DNA of 61,637 nt, filler included, from Sphacelaria rigidula (Eukaryota): NCBI GenBank assembly GCA_964200075.2. It is 8 parts of 8 records of this genome, joined end to end, with 100 filler letters (N's around TTAATTAATTAA, not from the genome) between each part and the next. Parts side by side here need not be neighbours in the genome. Positions count along the whole stretch, not along the records: positions 1 to 7,618 come from CAXNAA020014071.1; positions 7,719 to 15,336 come from CAXNAA020014072.1; 6 more parts are not named here. One strand, given 5' to 3'. The position numbers and the translations under genes are program-made. Positions 1 to 13,000 of the stretch are shown here, piece by piece. The notes beneath the pieces are model-generated. The model saw nothing but the letters and a program-made list of their open reading frames with translations, made no database searches and was not told where the DNA came from. Each line of letters opens with the position of its first letter. Position 1 is the first letter of the stretch.

Positions 1-341
1 CCTTCGGCATCAGGACGGCAGTCCCCCCCCCGTAGGTCTCTGACTACTCTAGCGATACGCCTTCCTTACACACAGACGCGATACAATAATTAAAAAAAGA
101 CGATAGGGTAATGTAATACTACTGTAATCTTTGGTCAAAAGACACGGTAGGGTTAGGTCCATCGGGCTAGGACCATCCCCACGAAGAAGCACGTACCGTC
201 GCCATCCAACCTCGAGAGCCTACAGTTCTAGTCAGTGGGCTATCCCCTCCCCACCAGTTTGTGCTATCATGCCCTACTCCCACATCATATTTTCCCCCGC
301 GTATGTTGCTGATACGGACAAAATGCATGCACATTGACCAG

Positions 342-3300
342 CCCTTCGCCCTCGCCGGCAGCGAAATCGTCTACACCACCCCCATCCAGCGCTCGTGCGG
401 AGAAGAGCAACGGCGGTAGCACGAAGAATTCTAGGAAATATGAGAATATTTATTCCCAGTCCGCTCCCACCACCGCCGCCACCGAGCAAAAGGCGCAGCT
501 TCGCGACGTACAAGGCAAACGCGGAAATGCCCGCAAGCAAAGGCTGCAGCGACTCCCGACAGACCTCGACAGCGGCGGCGGCTCGGTAGTCGCTTCAGGC
601 TCGCGGTCTCTTCTCGGAGCTGTTTTGGGGGCCTTGGTCGGGGTGGTGGGGCTTAGGATGTGGGAGGGGTTTCACCGTCGAGGATTTTTCTCCGGCGGAG
701 CCGGCGTTGAGGAGGGGAAGACGGAAGATGAAGTGGGGGAAAGGGAGGAGGTTGAGGCAGAGGCAGAGGCGGCCGCGAATGAAGTTCAAGAGCAACAGGA
801 GCGAATTCAGACTTTGGAGAAGCAGTTGTCGGTGCGTTGAAAGAGCACATGCTTTGGATTTCCCCTGGCTCACATACCTCAATCCCGCATGTAGACCCTG
901 TCGGGATCGCTTTTCATTCGTGACCCGACCGTAGTGCTACAACTGAACCGTGTGTACCCCCGCACGCTGCGTGCATGAACGAGACTCTTGTTACCACAGT
1001 CGGGCCCAGCACTGCCCCGACAGTCCGGCGCACTCCTGTGGGTGTCAGCGTTTACACTTGTGTTCGATCTGTGGTTCCGTGTGTCTCATGGTGGCGCCCA
1101 CGCGGATATTTCCCGCGAACGCAGTATTTGGAGGAAGACAGGCGGCGGGTGGCCGCGGCAGCCAAGGAGGCAAGGGCGAGCAGGCGTAAAGAGGAACGAC
1201 AGCTCAAGGAATACGTTCACACGCTCGAATTACATCTTGACCAGGCAAGCGTAGACCGCAGCGGACGAAGCAAGTAGAAAAAATACCCCCGCATAATCCA
1301 TGTCTAGTGGTCGAAGCTAACATTATGGACGAGGCAACCGTCATGAAATTGCACGTGATTGCCGTATATATGGGTTCACTGGGTGTGTATGAAAGTAGTA
1401 TTTCACCCTCGGTGTTGGTAACGGCCTGTACCCCGTGACGAGCTGGACAGGAGCTCGGTCCTCTTGTGACCCCCCCTCCCCTGGAAGTGACGATGCGAGG
1501 AAAATGAAATAACTCATTGGAGGCTGTCATCCAAATGCAGGCTAACCAGTACGCTTCGAACCGAACAATCTCAGCAGGATGCAGCTCATCGTTTCATGCG
1601 ACTCGCCGAACAACACCACGGCGCTTCGCGATTGTTTGTCATTGATTGCGAGCCTGGTCCGGCGAAAAGCCGGCGTGCTCCGTCCCGGCTTCGTAGGGAT
1701 GCAAAGTCAATGGTCATATGACTACGGCATGCAAGATCATGAGCACCCCCCCCCCTCCCCTCCGCCCTCCCGCTGCCCCCGTCCCTCTCCAGTTGAAAAA
1801 CTGCCCCCTAAAGTTGCAGCACCAGAGAGAGCGTTTGCTTGTGCGAGTCTATCCCGGCACTAACTACTTAGTATGTATTGAAGGGAAGGGTGCGCAGGTC
1901 AAAAGTGTGCAAGAATGGATGGGGTCGGAGGTCCATTGCAACGTAGCGTTTGGACATGCTTTCTTCTGCGTACGTGTTAAGTGTTGAGGTTTGAGTTTGG
2001 TGGTTTGATGAACACACATGCTCTCGTTCGTGGTGTGATCTGCCTGAAAATGCAGTTATCGAAGGAGAGGCAAGCGGCTGAGGCCGCGGTGGTGGAGTCG
2101 GTGAAGGCGGAGACGAGCAAGGCATTGGAGCGGGCGCAAAAGGTGAAGCAAACAAAGAAAAGTGGGAAGTCAGCAATCACGCAGACGCGGGGGGTGAGGG
2201 TGGAGTAGGGGGGGGGGGGGGGGGGACGGGGGAAAATAAAACACAGCTTTTTTGCATTTTNNNNNNNNNNGAAATGCTGGTGGGAGTCGGGGCTGGCGTG
2301 GTGGGGGGGGGTTAGGGGGCGGTGGGGGGGGGGGGGGGGGAGCATAGCTTAACATGAATCAGATCTTCTTAGCATTCTTGCTTTTTAAAATAAAAGTGTG
2401 GGTCCTATATAGGCTATGAATCTCCCCCCCACCCGCCTGAAGGATTCCGCCGCAGCGCTTGTAACTACACACATATATATATATATATCCCCGTCTGATT
2501 TATTTTGTGAGATATGAAGACAGTTGAAAAGAGAAGAATGAAGAGCATTTAGCCTCGTGTTGCTGCTTCCATGTCGATCAAAATAGGGGCACCAAGAAGC
2601 CTTGGCGGCGGCAACAGCGGAGATCAGGCGGTTGCACAGCGATCTCGACGCGACGAAGACTTTGCTGGAGGCCGCGCTTCGAGAGAAGGCGGCGGCCGAT
2701 GCCCTCTTGAGAACGGAGCAAGGTCACGTAGGTAAGCCACCCTCGGTACGATCTCGACAGGGAAGGGGTGATGAAGTGCCCTCCGATTCCTTCCACGCGG
2801 TGTATTACTTGATATCAATGTCGCCGGTCATACTCTTTTGCTCGTCAACCTCCTGCCCCCACCTCCACCCCTACGCTTGGCATTTCGCCGCCGTGCACGC
2901 ACCTGCTCACACATGTTTCGCTCTCGCAAAAAAAACGGCAAAAATAGCGGCGTTGGAAAAGGAAGTAGAGCGACTACGGGAGTCGGCCGCGGCGCAATCG
3001 CAGAAACTCCTGGACGCGGTGTCTGAGGTAGAACGGGCAAAAAGGGGTGCGTCGTCGGCGCGATCAGAGGCAATGGCTGAGGGGAAAGCCGCCGCTCTGA
3101 AGGAGGCGTCGGTTGCTCGAAAGGAGGACGCCGCGCGACTGCGACGAGAGATGGAGACCGCCCTCGCTGAGGTGTGTCGTATGTGTACAATTTTGCAGCT
3201 GAGCACCGCTAAACTAGCCCCCCTAGCAGGAGGAGGAGTAAAGCGAGTAGTAGACGAAGGCTCGGCCTCGAACTCTGAGCGCGAAGTATTTTCCTCGAGT

Positions 3301-6300
3301 CATTTTACGCCCTATGCACAACCGTGTTTATCGGGGATTTTTTTTTGTAAACGGCACTTATGCAACAAAAGATCTTGAAAAAATTCCTTCGGGCTTGAGG
3401 GTAAAAGTCGCGTCTTGTCATTGCTTGACGGGTGGGAGGTCAGTCGTAGGATTCTCGAAAGGAGCGACAAAAGCAGTGAATTTTTGTCGGGCGATCTACT
3501 AGGATTCCACGCGCATGGATCATTGTGGAATCACGCATTCCATTATCGCTGGCACTGTAGTTGATGTGCTCTGCATTGCCTCGAAGTAATTTAAAAGCAT
3601 GGGGTATTTGTACGACGAAAGGAGATTTAGTTTTTCTGTGTGTTTTTGAAATTTGTTCTGGAACGTGTAATCACCTGTATAATAGGTTCATCGGTGTCCA
3701 ATTCAACGTCTGAGCGGCTCTTGTACACTGAATCCATCCTTTCATGGTGTTTTTTTCGGAAGTTTTTCTTGCAGACTCCAAGCACCATGTATGCTCTCGT
3801 CATGCCTTGTTTTTTCGTACCCGCACGGAAATGGCCAACCAAACTGCACGTATCCATTGTGCACAGGCCGACAGATCGTTTGCAGCTCCCATGAAGCTAT
3901 CGTCACCTCATGTTTTCGAATTAGCGCTGGGCTAGACTCCGACGTGGTGTAAATCGTGTCTCGTGTATGTGTCATTCCATCCACGTAAGAAGACGCAAAC
4001 GGTTTCAACAGACCAAGTAGAAATTAATGGCATTTCAGCGTAAATGATTGCATCCGAGTCCCTTCTCCCAACATTAGTAGTCAGTGCAGCACCATGCACG
4101 TGATACACCCAACCTATTTTTTTCCCCGTTTTCGTTCACATACACACACACCTAGATAGTGGTCGAATCATATTCAAGGGGGGTGGACAACCTGCACTCT
4201 GCGCACAGAGGATGCTTGTACTACGTAGTGTTATACGGCGGAACAAGCATGAGGCAGTGTAACCCGTGGCTGTCGCTGGAAGTGACGATACCAGAAAATG
4301 AAGCAAGTCATCGGGAGCTGTCATCCATATGCAAGAAAATCAGTACGCTTAGGGCCAAACAATCTTAGCAGGATGCATGTCTCCCCTCATGCGACTCGCC
4401 GGATACATCACGGCGCTTTCCGCTTCGCGATCGCAAGCCTGGTCCGGCGAAAACCCGACGTGCTCCGTCCCGGCTTTTTAGGCATGCGAGGTGTATGGTT
4501 TGATAACTATGGCATGCAAGATCACGAGTACACCCCCGTCCGTCCGTCCGGACTGCTCAATAGTCACGAAGGATCAATCGACCTATCCCTCCCCATGCAC
4601 CGTTGTTGCAGTAAATCACATCCTGGACAAAAGATTACATCGTCAAGAAGTACCGCGTACAGTATCGAGTCTGTTGTCTGTTGCAATAGACAAAACGTTC
4701 GATACTGTACGCATAACATTTATAGACAAATGTTATACATTGTCGAGGGTGTGCATTGTATCGCCGAGCAGTGGATGACGATCCCACTCCAGCCGCTTGT
4801 CGATTTTCATCAAATGTTTTTTATCGAAGAGCTTTCGCTCCCCCATATCCGGGAGCGACGGTATCCGGAAAAAGAAAGAAAAAAACTCATTCCCTGTCTG
4901 GATTGGATTCATGCAACACCATGGAGCATGACCTTGTCACCGGGCAAGCACCCCGGCCGGTACACGAGAAGTCAAGGGTAACAAACCTATCTCTCTGTGC
5001 GTGTGCGTGTCATTGTCGCATAAAAACCTGACGCTCCAAAGACCCCTCTGCATCCGGTCGTTGCCGCATCCTTTCAAGGGTAGGTCGAGTAAAGTATACT
5101 AAATACTCCGTGTTTTTGAAGAGTCATACTTTTCGTACTCAAAATTTGAGTAGAGTATTGATATCATATTCAAGTGATACTAAATACTCAAGTATCACTG
5201 AGAGTGCTTACTCAATACTTGAGTAGAGGATTTGAGGTCGTACTCGACCTACTCAATATTCGAGTAGAGTATTTGAGACCATACTCAACCTAATCAAAAT
5301 TTGAGTAGAGTAATTGAGACCGTACTCGACCTACTCAAAAATTGCATATTTTAGAGTATTGAGGTCATATCAAGTGATACTCTGTACTTGAGTATTACTG
5401 AGAGTGCTTACTCAATATTTGAGTAGAGTATTTGAGGTCGTACTCGGCCTACTCAAAATTTGAGTAGAGTATCGGAGGCCGTACACGACCTACTCAAAAT
5501 TTGAGCGGAGTATCTGAGGCCGGATTCGATGTGCCGAAAACCAATAACTTCAACTTCGAAGTTCAAGTTCGTACGCAAGATACTCAAACTCGGGTAGAGG
5601 AAATACCGAGGTATTCCTAGAGTTACCCACCCATGATGAGTGTTGATTCAAGGTCAAACTGTCTTGTCAAACCGTGGCCAGTAGAGTCGCTCATTTTGAT
5701 AATACCTACTCGACTACTCGATTACTCGATGATGATGAGTTGCGCTCTGTACTGAAAGTGATATCGAAGGCGTCAAGAGGTATCGAGGATGAACTGCCGT
5801 GGGTGGGGGCTGGTGAGATGGGGCGCTGGGGCAAGTAGGTTCGGTCACCTGGACGCTTCTTGATTTTTTTATCGCCATCATTCGCTCGTACTCCTTGTTG
5901 GCTGTGATGTAATACCGCCCATCTATTTGATGGCCATCGTTCGCCCATGCATTCAAGATAGTCTGTGAACTGACGTCACGAAGTCGCCGACTGTCGGGGG
6001 TACTCACTACCCAAGGGGTAGTCTATACTCAAGTATTACTGAAAGTGCTTACTCAAAATTTGAGTAGAGTATTTGAGACCATACTCAACCTACTCAAAGT
6101 TTGAGGAGAGTATTTGAGACCATACTCACCCTACTCAAAATTTGAGTAGAGTATTGAGGTCATACTCGAGTGATACTCTATACTCAATTATCACTGAGAG
6201 TGCTTACTCAAAGTTTGAGTAGAGTATTTGAGGTCATACTCGACCTACTCAAAATTTGAATAGAGTATTTGAGGCCATACTCGACCTACTCAAACATCGA

Positions 6301-6594
6301 GTAGAGTAAATACTTGAGTATTTTACTCGAGTTCTCAAAAGTAGGTACTCTACTCGACCACTTTTGCATCCTTTCCAGGAGAAGGAGGAATTGCGGAAGC
6401 AAATGGAGGCTCGCTTGGCCACGATGCGCGCCGGTCTCAAGCGCCGACTGCGGGAAGTCAGGGCAGAGCGTTCGGGGGACTCCGGGGGGATCGTGGGGAG
6501 CAGTAGTGCGGCCGCGCCGTCGACAAGGCGATCGACGTCTTCCACGGGTAGTCGTGCGGGCAGTCGCTCAGATGCGGAGGGTGGTGGGGCGTAA
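342..6594 (+). CDS. Multi-exon gene (5' end outside contig): single TM segment followed by long coiled-coil; exons approx 342-831, 1125-1244 (or -1250), 2056-2142, 2587-2731, 2948-3171, 6379-6594
   Basis: AG acceptors and GT (one possible GC) donors bound GC-rich E/A/K/R-rich segments. Intron phases (0,0,0,1,0) join them into one open frame ending in TAA at 6592-6594. The hydrophobic stretch LLGAVLGALVGVVGLRMW precedes heptad-rich sequence (QEQQERIQTLEKQLS-YLEEDRRR..., ALEKEVERLRE..., EKEELRKQMEARL). No start codon is seen. Confidence 0.75.
1482..1757 (+). mobile_element. Dispersed retroposon-like repeat (shared 3' end ...GGTCAATGGTC...GGCATGCAAGATCATGAGTACACCCC), copy in intron 2 of gene 1
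   Basis: Aligns by eye with 4277-4537 (+) and 53300-53620 (-); ends in a C-run. Confidence 0.7.
2261..2270. other. 10-N scaffold gap flanked by G-runs
   Basis: 10 Ns between poly-G tracts, distinct from the 100-bp linkers. Confidence 0.9.
4215..4537 (+). mobile_element. Second copy of the C-tailed dispersed repeat, in the last intron of gene 1
   Basis: GTACTACGTAGTGTT...CTGGAAGTGACGAT...CCTGGTCCGGCGAAAA...GTGCTCCGTCCCGGCTT...GAGTACACCCCC matches 1482-1757 and the reverse complement of 53300-53620. Confidence 0.7.
5075..6366. mobile_element. Non-autonomous hAT-like DNA transposon with GAGTA/TACTC subterminal repeat arrays
   Basis: Imperfect TIR CAAGGGTAGGTCGAGTA ... TACTCGACCACTTTTG; perfect 8-bp TSD CATCCTTT at 5067-5074 and 6367-6374; many repeats of TACTCAAAATTTGAGTAGAGTATTTGAG at both ends. 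Confidence 0.8.
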
Positions 6595-7499
6595 ATTCTC
6601 GGTGTTCGTGATCTGATAGGACGTGTGCTGTGTGGGTTATCTGTTCTTAATGCCGTTATGTTGGTTGGTTTGCCGTTGGGTTTTTGGACTGGAAGGGCGG
6701 GAGGGAAGGGGGGGGGGGGGGGGGCAACGTGACTGTTTACTACACGTTTTGAAGTTAGGCGACTATCATTGTGGTACATGCTGTGCTTGCTGTGCAAAGC
6801 GTGCGTCCTGACTATTTTGCAGGAGTTGGCCGTTTTTACCAGGGAAGAGATGGTGCCCGCAGTGTTTATTTTACGTTTTATATACCACTACTACGGGAAT
6901 AATTGGTAATTAAATCAAAAGAAATAAAGGAAATATGACCCCCAAGAATACTGCGGAGGCCCCCTTTTTTTTTCTTCTCTCCGTTTCTCTCCTTTTGGAT
7001 ACATTGTTGTAACGTGTTGTACGAGTGTACGTTTTGGTCCGAGCATTGTTCTTCGCCGTGGCTGCAAGGAACGACAAGGTGCTGGTTTCGCCGGACGGTG
7101 TTGTGCTCGTTGTTGTTCAGCTGTCCGTGTGGATTGTGTCGCTTGCGGAGCAAGAGCCATGGCTGCGAGCACACGAAAGCACCGATTCAGTCGTATATCT
7201 TTGTTTTTTTTTACATGTTACTCGTTTTTTAACAGGCCCTCTTGTTGTTGTGTCCAGAGCACTCGTTAAGATGGAAAAAAAAAACTAGATGAAACAAAAA
7301 ACTTGACATTGCGCCCCCCTTTGTGGAGCAAGAGTAAGTGAGACAATATGTTGAGAAAAAATATGTATATCCTCTTATTTCCGGTTAATGTCGGCGTTTT
7401 TGTTTTTGGTTCCACATGGGAGTCCATGGCTCGTTCGGGGGCAGCAACAGCAGCAGCTGTGCGTATTTGTCGTTTAACATGAAATTTTATTGCGGAGCG

Positions 7500-7565
7500 G
7501 TGGAGGGGGGGTGGGGGTGTACTCATGATCATGCTTGCCATAGTCATCAGACCATTGACCATTGG
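7500..7565 (-). repeat. 3' end fragment of the C-tailed dispersed repeat at the contig end
   Basis: GGGGTGTACTCATGATCATGCTTGCCATAGTCATCAGACCATTGACC is the reverse complement of the family 3' end. Confidence 0.7.
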
Positions 7566-7618
7566 AGGGGGGGTGGGGGGGGGGGGGGGGGCACCACTTT
7601 TTTTTTTTTCTTAGGCGG

Positions 7619-7718
7619 NNNNNNNNNNNNNNNNNNNNNNNNNNNNNNNNNNNNNNNNNNNNTTAATTAATTAANNNNNNNNNNNNNNNNNNNNNNNNNN
7701 NNNNNNNNNNNNNNNNNN
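7619..7718. other. Artificial contig linker N44-TTAATTAATTAA-N44
   Basis: 100 bp with a central 12-mer giving stops in all six frames; recurs every ~7717 bp. Confidence 0.97.
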
Positions 7719-8009
7719 ATTGTGGGAAAAACCTCAGTTGTAAGTCCTCAGTTTTCCATCAACGGTTCCAAAAGGGTTAATAGCGGAATACCAACGGTGA
7801 CAACGTGACATGGGGTGAAAACACGATAATCCAGACTACCATTTTCTTCGGACCCCCCACATCGCACGACTCCCCGAGAAACCTGATTTTGATACAGTAC
7901 AGGTATAACTTAAATGAAACATCGGTAGAGTTGGAATGGCCGGGGAGTGCATGATTCGGCAGAGGAGGGGGAAACAGCTGTCCCCGAGGGGTAATATCTA
8001 CCCCATTGG

Positions 8010-8830
8010 AGGGGCTGCTTTCTTTTGTTTTCATGCATTATAGACAAACGTTCATGATGTGGGTCCCAGTCGAATTACTTTTCTTGACCTGTAGGCCCGC
8101 CACATTTCTGTTCTTAGAACGCTTCAACTCAAACTTGTAATCAGTGGCACGCGGAGAAAAACAAAACAAAAACACTGAGCTTTTTCGATCGAAAACATGC
8201 GGTCGAAAGGCACGAAGCAACACTTGAATCCTATCTTACAGACCACCACGCCAGATACCACCCGTTCATAAAACCATGCTAACCCCATCCAACTCATTCT
8301 CAGCTACCACCGCAACCCTGCAGCATCAAATATGAGTTGAGCACAGGTATAGATACCCTGCAGTAATTGGGTATGCTTTCTTTATTTATTGTTGGCGAAA
8401 ATCGTGCATCTTTTTTCATGGTAGGATCAGCGACGGAACTGCGGGTTACGGTGGGCAACCGACACGCTTATGGACAGTGCAGGCAGTACAAAGCTGCACG
8501 TTGTTGAAGTCCTTTTCGCGTCTCATTGTGAGCAGAGAGAACTGATAGTCCTGGGCCGTCTGCATTGCACGTTGCCTGCTTCTCATTAAAATCCTACTGC
8601 ACAACACGCACACACACACTGAAGACACTGCTTGAAAGCAAGGCAGGCAGTACAGACTGTCTGTACTGTGCACGAGTGACCATGTACCGTTTCACTAATT
8701 CCTGTCTTATTTCGATCGAAAGCTTGGAATTCGCTTAGACCCAGCTCTAGAAAAATAAGCGAGTTTCGCTCGAATCGTTTCCACTGCCCCATTCCTTCGA
8801 TCGAAGAAAAAGTGCTGAGACACGCCCTGA
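8010..8830 (+). repeat. ~820-bp dispersed repeat, copy 1 (copy 2 at ~32200-33040)
   Basis: Shared blocks TTTTCGATCGAAAAC, GCTTCAACTCAAA, CAGCTACCACCGCAACCCTGCAGCAT, GAGAACTGATAGTCCTG and GACACGCCCT occur in the same order in both copies. Confidence 0.75.
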
Positions 8831-8872
8831 AACGCTTCTCCGCACTGCCGGATAACAGTTTTGAAACCGGTG

Positions 8873-9212
8873 TAGAGGGTAAGGCAGGTACCCGGTACTG
8901 ATTTTTGGGACATCTTATACCTTACCAATACCGACCATATCGGGTATTTTCAAATGTTGTACCTACGATACCTACAATGCAACGGTATTTCGAGATACCA
9001 GTACCTGCCGTACCAGCCCAATCGGGTATGTTCAAATGTTGCCTACGATACCACGGTACTTCGAGATACCAGTACCTACCGTGCCCGCCCTACCTACCGT
9101 GCCCGCCCAGTCAGGTATTTTCGAAAGTCACACCTACGATACCCACGCATACCACAGTATGGGATACCCTGGTAAACACCGGGGGGTAAGCTCGGCACGG
9201 TACCGTACCTAC
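8873..9212. repeat. Array of GTACC/GGTAC/GATACC motifs, probably the subterminal region of a non-autonomous DNA transposon
   Basis: Repeated GAGATACCAGTACCT(A/G)CCGT and CCTACGATACC units; no intact second terminus or TSD found. Confidence 0.55.
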
Positions 9213-10065
9213 GGTTCCCATGCAATATAACGCGATGCGAAACATCAGACATCCTCAGAGCAAAATAGCAAGCTACATACAGTAGGACAGCGTCTGTGTG
9301 GGATTCTTGTACAGTAGGGGGCGCATGAAACCTGATGCATGATAGACGTTCCTCCCCAAATATTCTGGCGCGCAAATGAGGAAGCAGAGTCTCGAGGGTA
9401 TCCGGCAGGTCTAACGGACGGCACTCGCCTGTACTATCTGTTCTTATGCGATACTGTCTCAGGCTGTACCGGCTGGGTGTGACTGCTGGGTGTGTGTTGT
9501 AGGAGAGATACCGTATGTTGTCTGCAGACGTAAAATGAGCCTGCTGCATGCCGCATGCTTCACAAAAACGTCGTACAACCGAAAAGTCGCCCAAACGAAC
9601 ACGACACAACCAACGAATAACTACCTTCGTCCTGCATTACTTCGTGAACGCCGCACAGCCCTGCGACCTCCCGCCAACGCACTCTGGATAAGTGGAGGAC
9701 CGACAAACGAACCCTGCCCCCGCGCGGTGGTTCCAGACAAGCATGCCGATGTTGCGTGTCGCCCGACTCCAGCTGTCGGTAGCAGACCCGCGCTCCCACT
9801 AGTCACATGACAAGCTCCGCTATGCACAACAAATGCATGAATATAAATCTTTGTAGTGCATAATATCGCCAGAAGCAGACAGAGGCTATTGGTTGCCCTC
9901 ATCACCATCTGGCGCACTTTCTCGTTTGGCGCTGCTCTTGTCTCACGCTGCTCTTCGCACGCGTTTGAAGTCAAGTTTGCCACGCGTATAAATGTCATCA
10001 TATTTAGCGTCGGCGGAGTTGCCGTCCTGGCCAAGTCCTGTCGCCTACTGTATCGATGCGACAGC

Positions 10066-13000
10066 ATGATTCGCCACCGCTGTAGCTCGTTGCTCTCTAG
10101 AGTTGACGTAATCCTGACGATTTTACTATCTGGTGCATTTCATCAGAGCGAGTCGTTCTTGGTTGCGGGCCCGTACTCCGCCCATACATGTCATCGTCGG
10201 TCGTCCCGCCGCCTTGCTCATGATCTTGGAGTCACCCGCCCGAGCCAAGCTGTCGCCACAGATACCAGCTCCCTCTATCTCCAGCAAGCATCTCGTAATA
10301 TCCATGGCTTCCGCGTATCTAGGCTTCTACGCATGGCCACGGCTGACTCTCCTACGCAGAAGCAGCAGCTACCGATGGTTGGTGCTGATAGTGCCCAAGT
10401 TGAAGGCATGAAGTCAACCACTCCGCCAAAAACTGCGCCTCCGACTACAGTGCGGGCAGGGGTAGCAAGGGACGGCACTGCTCTCGAGTTCCGCACCCCG
10501 TCGACCCAGGAGATGTATCAGCTCAAAATGGGCGATTGGATAGCTCAAAAGGGTCTCTGTACTGCTCTTGTGGCTGTGCGTCGTGATGAAAATACATCGG
10601 CATCGGAAGGAGATTCTGCCGGAAGGGTAACAGAGCTGCAGGCGAGAGCCGCGGGTCCGCCGCAAGCGTGCGTCGTGATCGAGCCTGTGGATGGAATAGG
10701 CGGATCTTCGGTGGCGACCAGGGTGTGCCTGCTGCGGCACACCAGGGCGGATGGGGTGTCGGAGTCCGTGGAGCATACACTGTTGGACGAGGCCATCACG
10801 CAATTTCTCAATGGTGGCGCTAGGATGAACCAGGTACGACTCTCGCCAGGTGTGTACTGTATGTTGGCCGTTGCTTCCGTCGCAGCAGAATGTTGAATGT
10901 TGCGCCTTCCAGCATGGTGTTTGAATGATTCAAGGCTTCGAGTTCTGCAGAAATACCTTGCTATATCCTTGCCTGGCACAGATGTTGCTCGACTTGGGCC
11001 AACACTATGCATCCCTCTTCGCCGAATATGTCGGTACCCTTCAAACTGTGTTGAGGCACACACTCGTGATGGAAGCGGATACTGGAGTGTTCATGTTCCC
11101 GATATCCGTTGTCATCTTCCACAGTACAGAACACCACCCGGTACCTACGAAGAAGCAACACCCAACATCGCGCGAGATAGACGCCCCAATTAAATCACCC
11201 TCGATTCCGAGCCTTCCTATTCCTAGTTGGGTTTTATCTCCTGCAGCCCGCGGACATTGTGTGATTCTGCTTGTGATTCTTTCTTGGCTCAGCTACGAGT
11301 GGAAGTGGATGACATATCGGGTGTGGACTTCTACATCCGTCACGGGTTTGTGAGGACGGAAAACGAAGAAGTCGAGACGAACCACATTGTGTTGCGGGGA
11401 GATCGTGACGCCGCACTAGCAGCCGTTCGGGGAATGGCCGAGCAAGGAAGCGGCGGGGCGGTGGTGATGAATCTTGTTGCACGATTATTGCACGACAAGG
11501 GAGATCTGGAGGGGGCTGTGAACGCTTACCTTAAGGCTGTCCAGGTAAGCTTGTACATATGATGTGGTCGTCGCGTATTTCGTCTTGTATCGTCAACGCT
11601 GTTGGTTTGTCAAGGTCAGAGATCAAATTGTGAAGTTGCCAGGCTCGGCGGCATGCCAGCAGTACCTTTCTGTGGCTTTCCCACAAGCTGACCATTGGCG
11701 AAAGGTGTCGGGACTCGTATCTGCTGAAATATCAATTCGCCTCGCTTCGATTGATCGAAGTCCAACGCAGTGGTTGACATCACGTTACAAACGATCGCCT
11801 GATTGCATGTCTTTATACTTCTTCGATCACTTTGATGGCACAAATACTCGATGTGTTGCGTGCCTGGCGGCTTCCCTCCTTGGCCTCAGATGGATCCATC
11901 CCGCGGCGAAGTGTTTCGCGGGCTCGGGGGTGCGTACCAAAGCCAAGGGCAGCACCAGATGGCGTTTGCCAGCTACCAACAAGCCCTCGACATTTGTCCA
12001 ACAGACCTCCTCGCCTACCTCAAGCTCGGCTTGCTATACGAGCAACTGGTGAGGGCTGGTATGTACTGTTGCTTTGATGCCCATGTATACGAATGTATTG
12101 ACACGTTGTGAAAGTGAGGTTGCCTACAGGGTGGGCAATTCAGTGGACGCTCTCGGAATAATACTGGAGTTCTTCGTGGGCTTCACCGCGACGAAGCGGA
12201 CCAAATTCGTGCGTTTGCACATTATGGAAGAGTGCTTGCATCAGGCGATTGACTCGTACCTCGCGAGGTAAAGTACCAGGGTGGCAAGCCTTGTTCGACT
12301 GCATGGCAGTAGCTGTGACATATAGTAATGTGCCCAATCTACTTCGTAGCTCATGCCTTATTGTGTGCGCTTGTTTCCGTTGGCTTGTACCCTGCGACAG
12401 GCTGTAGGAAAGTACGAAGAGGCCGGAGATCACGCCATTCGATGCTTTGACTACTACTTGAGCAATTCAGGATCCGAGGACACAGACGTACTAACGCGGT
12501 TGGGTAACCTCCAGGTAACGCATCGATTTATTCCAATGTCCCTTTCTACACGACGGAGTAGTATTAAGTGCAATCAACAAGAGGTTGATCAATTCACGAT
12601 GCCGTTGCGTATTTTGCGTGGATTTTTTGTTTCATTCACCTAGCGATTACTGTGGCTCACCACTACAACCACCCTAATCGTGCAAGCATTATCTATCGCT
12701 GCGGTACGTTTGCGAATGTACGTTTCCATCGTGTCTAGCTAAGGCCAGGTTTAGTGGCGGGAACCCCCGTTTAGAATCCCGAAATTCCCCCACTGTTATC
12801 CTACTTCTGCCTCGGAGTGCCCGTCCTCATGTTCTAGCGCCCGTGTGGTTTTGCATGTTCCCGTTGAGACTGTACACGATATGTGTCGTGTACTTACTAC
12901 GCGAACAGGTGCTACGGCTTGATCCTTCTGCAGCTGTGAGAACGTACGAAAGGGCCCTCGCCGTCGATCCGTCCCTCGGCAACGTCTGGTTCAATCTGGC

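Noticed and set aside
4298..4981. 227-aa ORF in the intron of gene 1
   Set aside because: It overlaps a dispersed repeat copy, has no domain signal and is not needed for the host exon chain.
5090..6360. Regularly spaced palindromic repeats that look superficially like a CRISPR array
   Set aside because: The intervening sequences are themselves repetitive rather than unique spacers, there are no cas genes, and the block has TIRs and an 8-bp TSD inside a eukaryotic intron.
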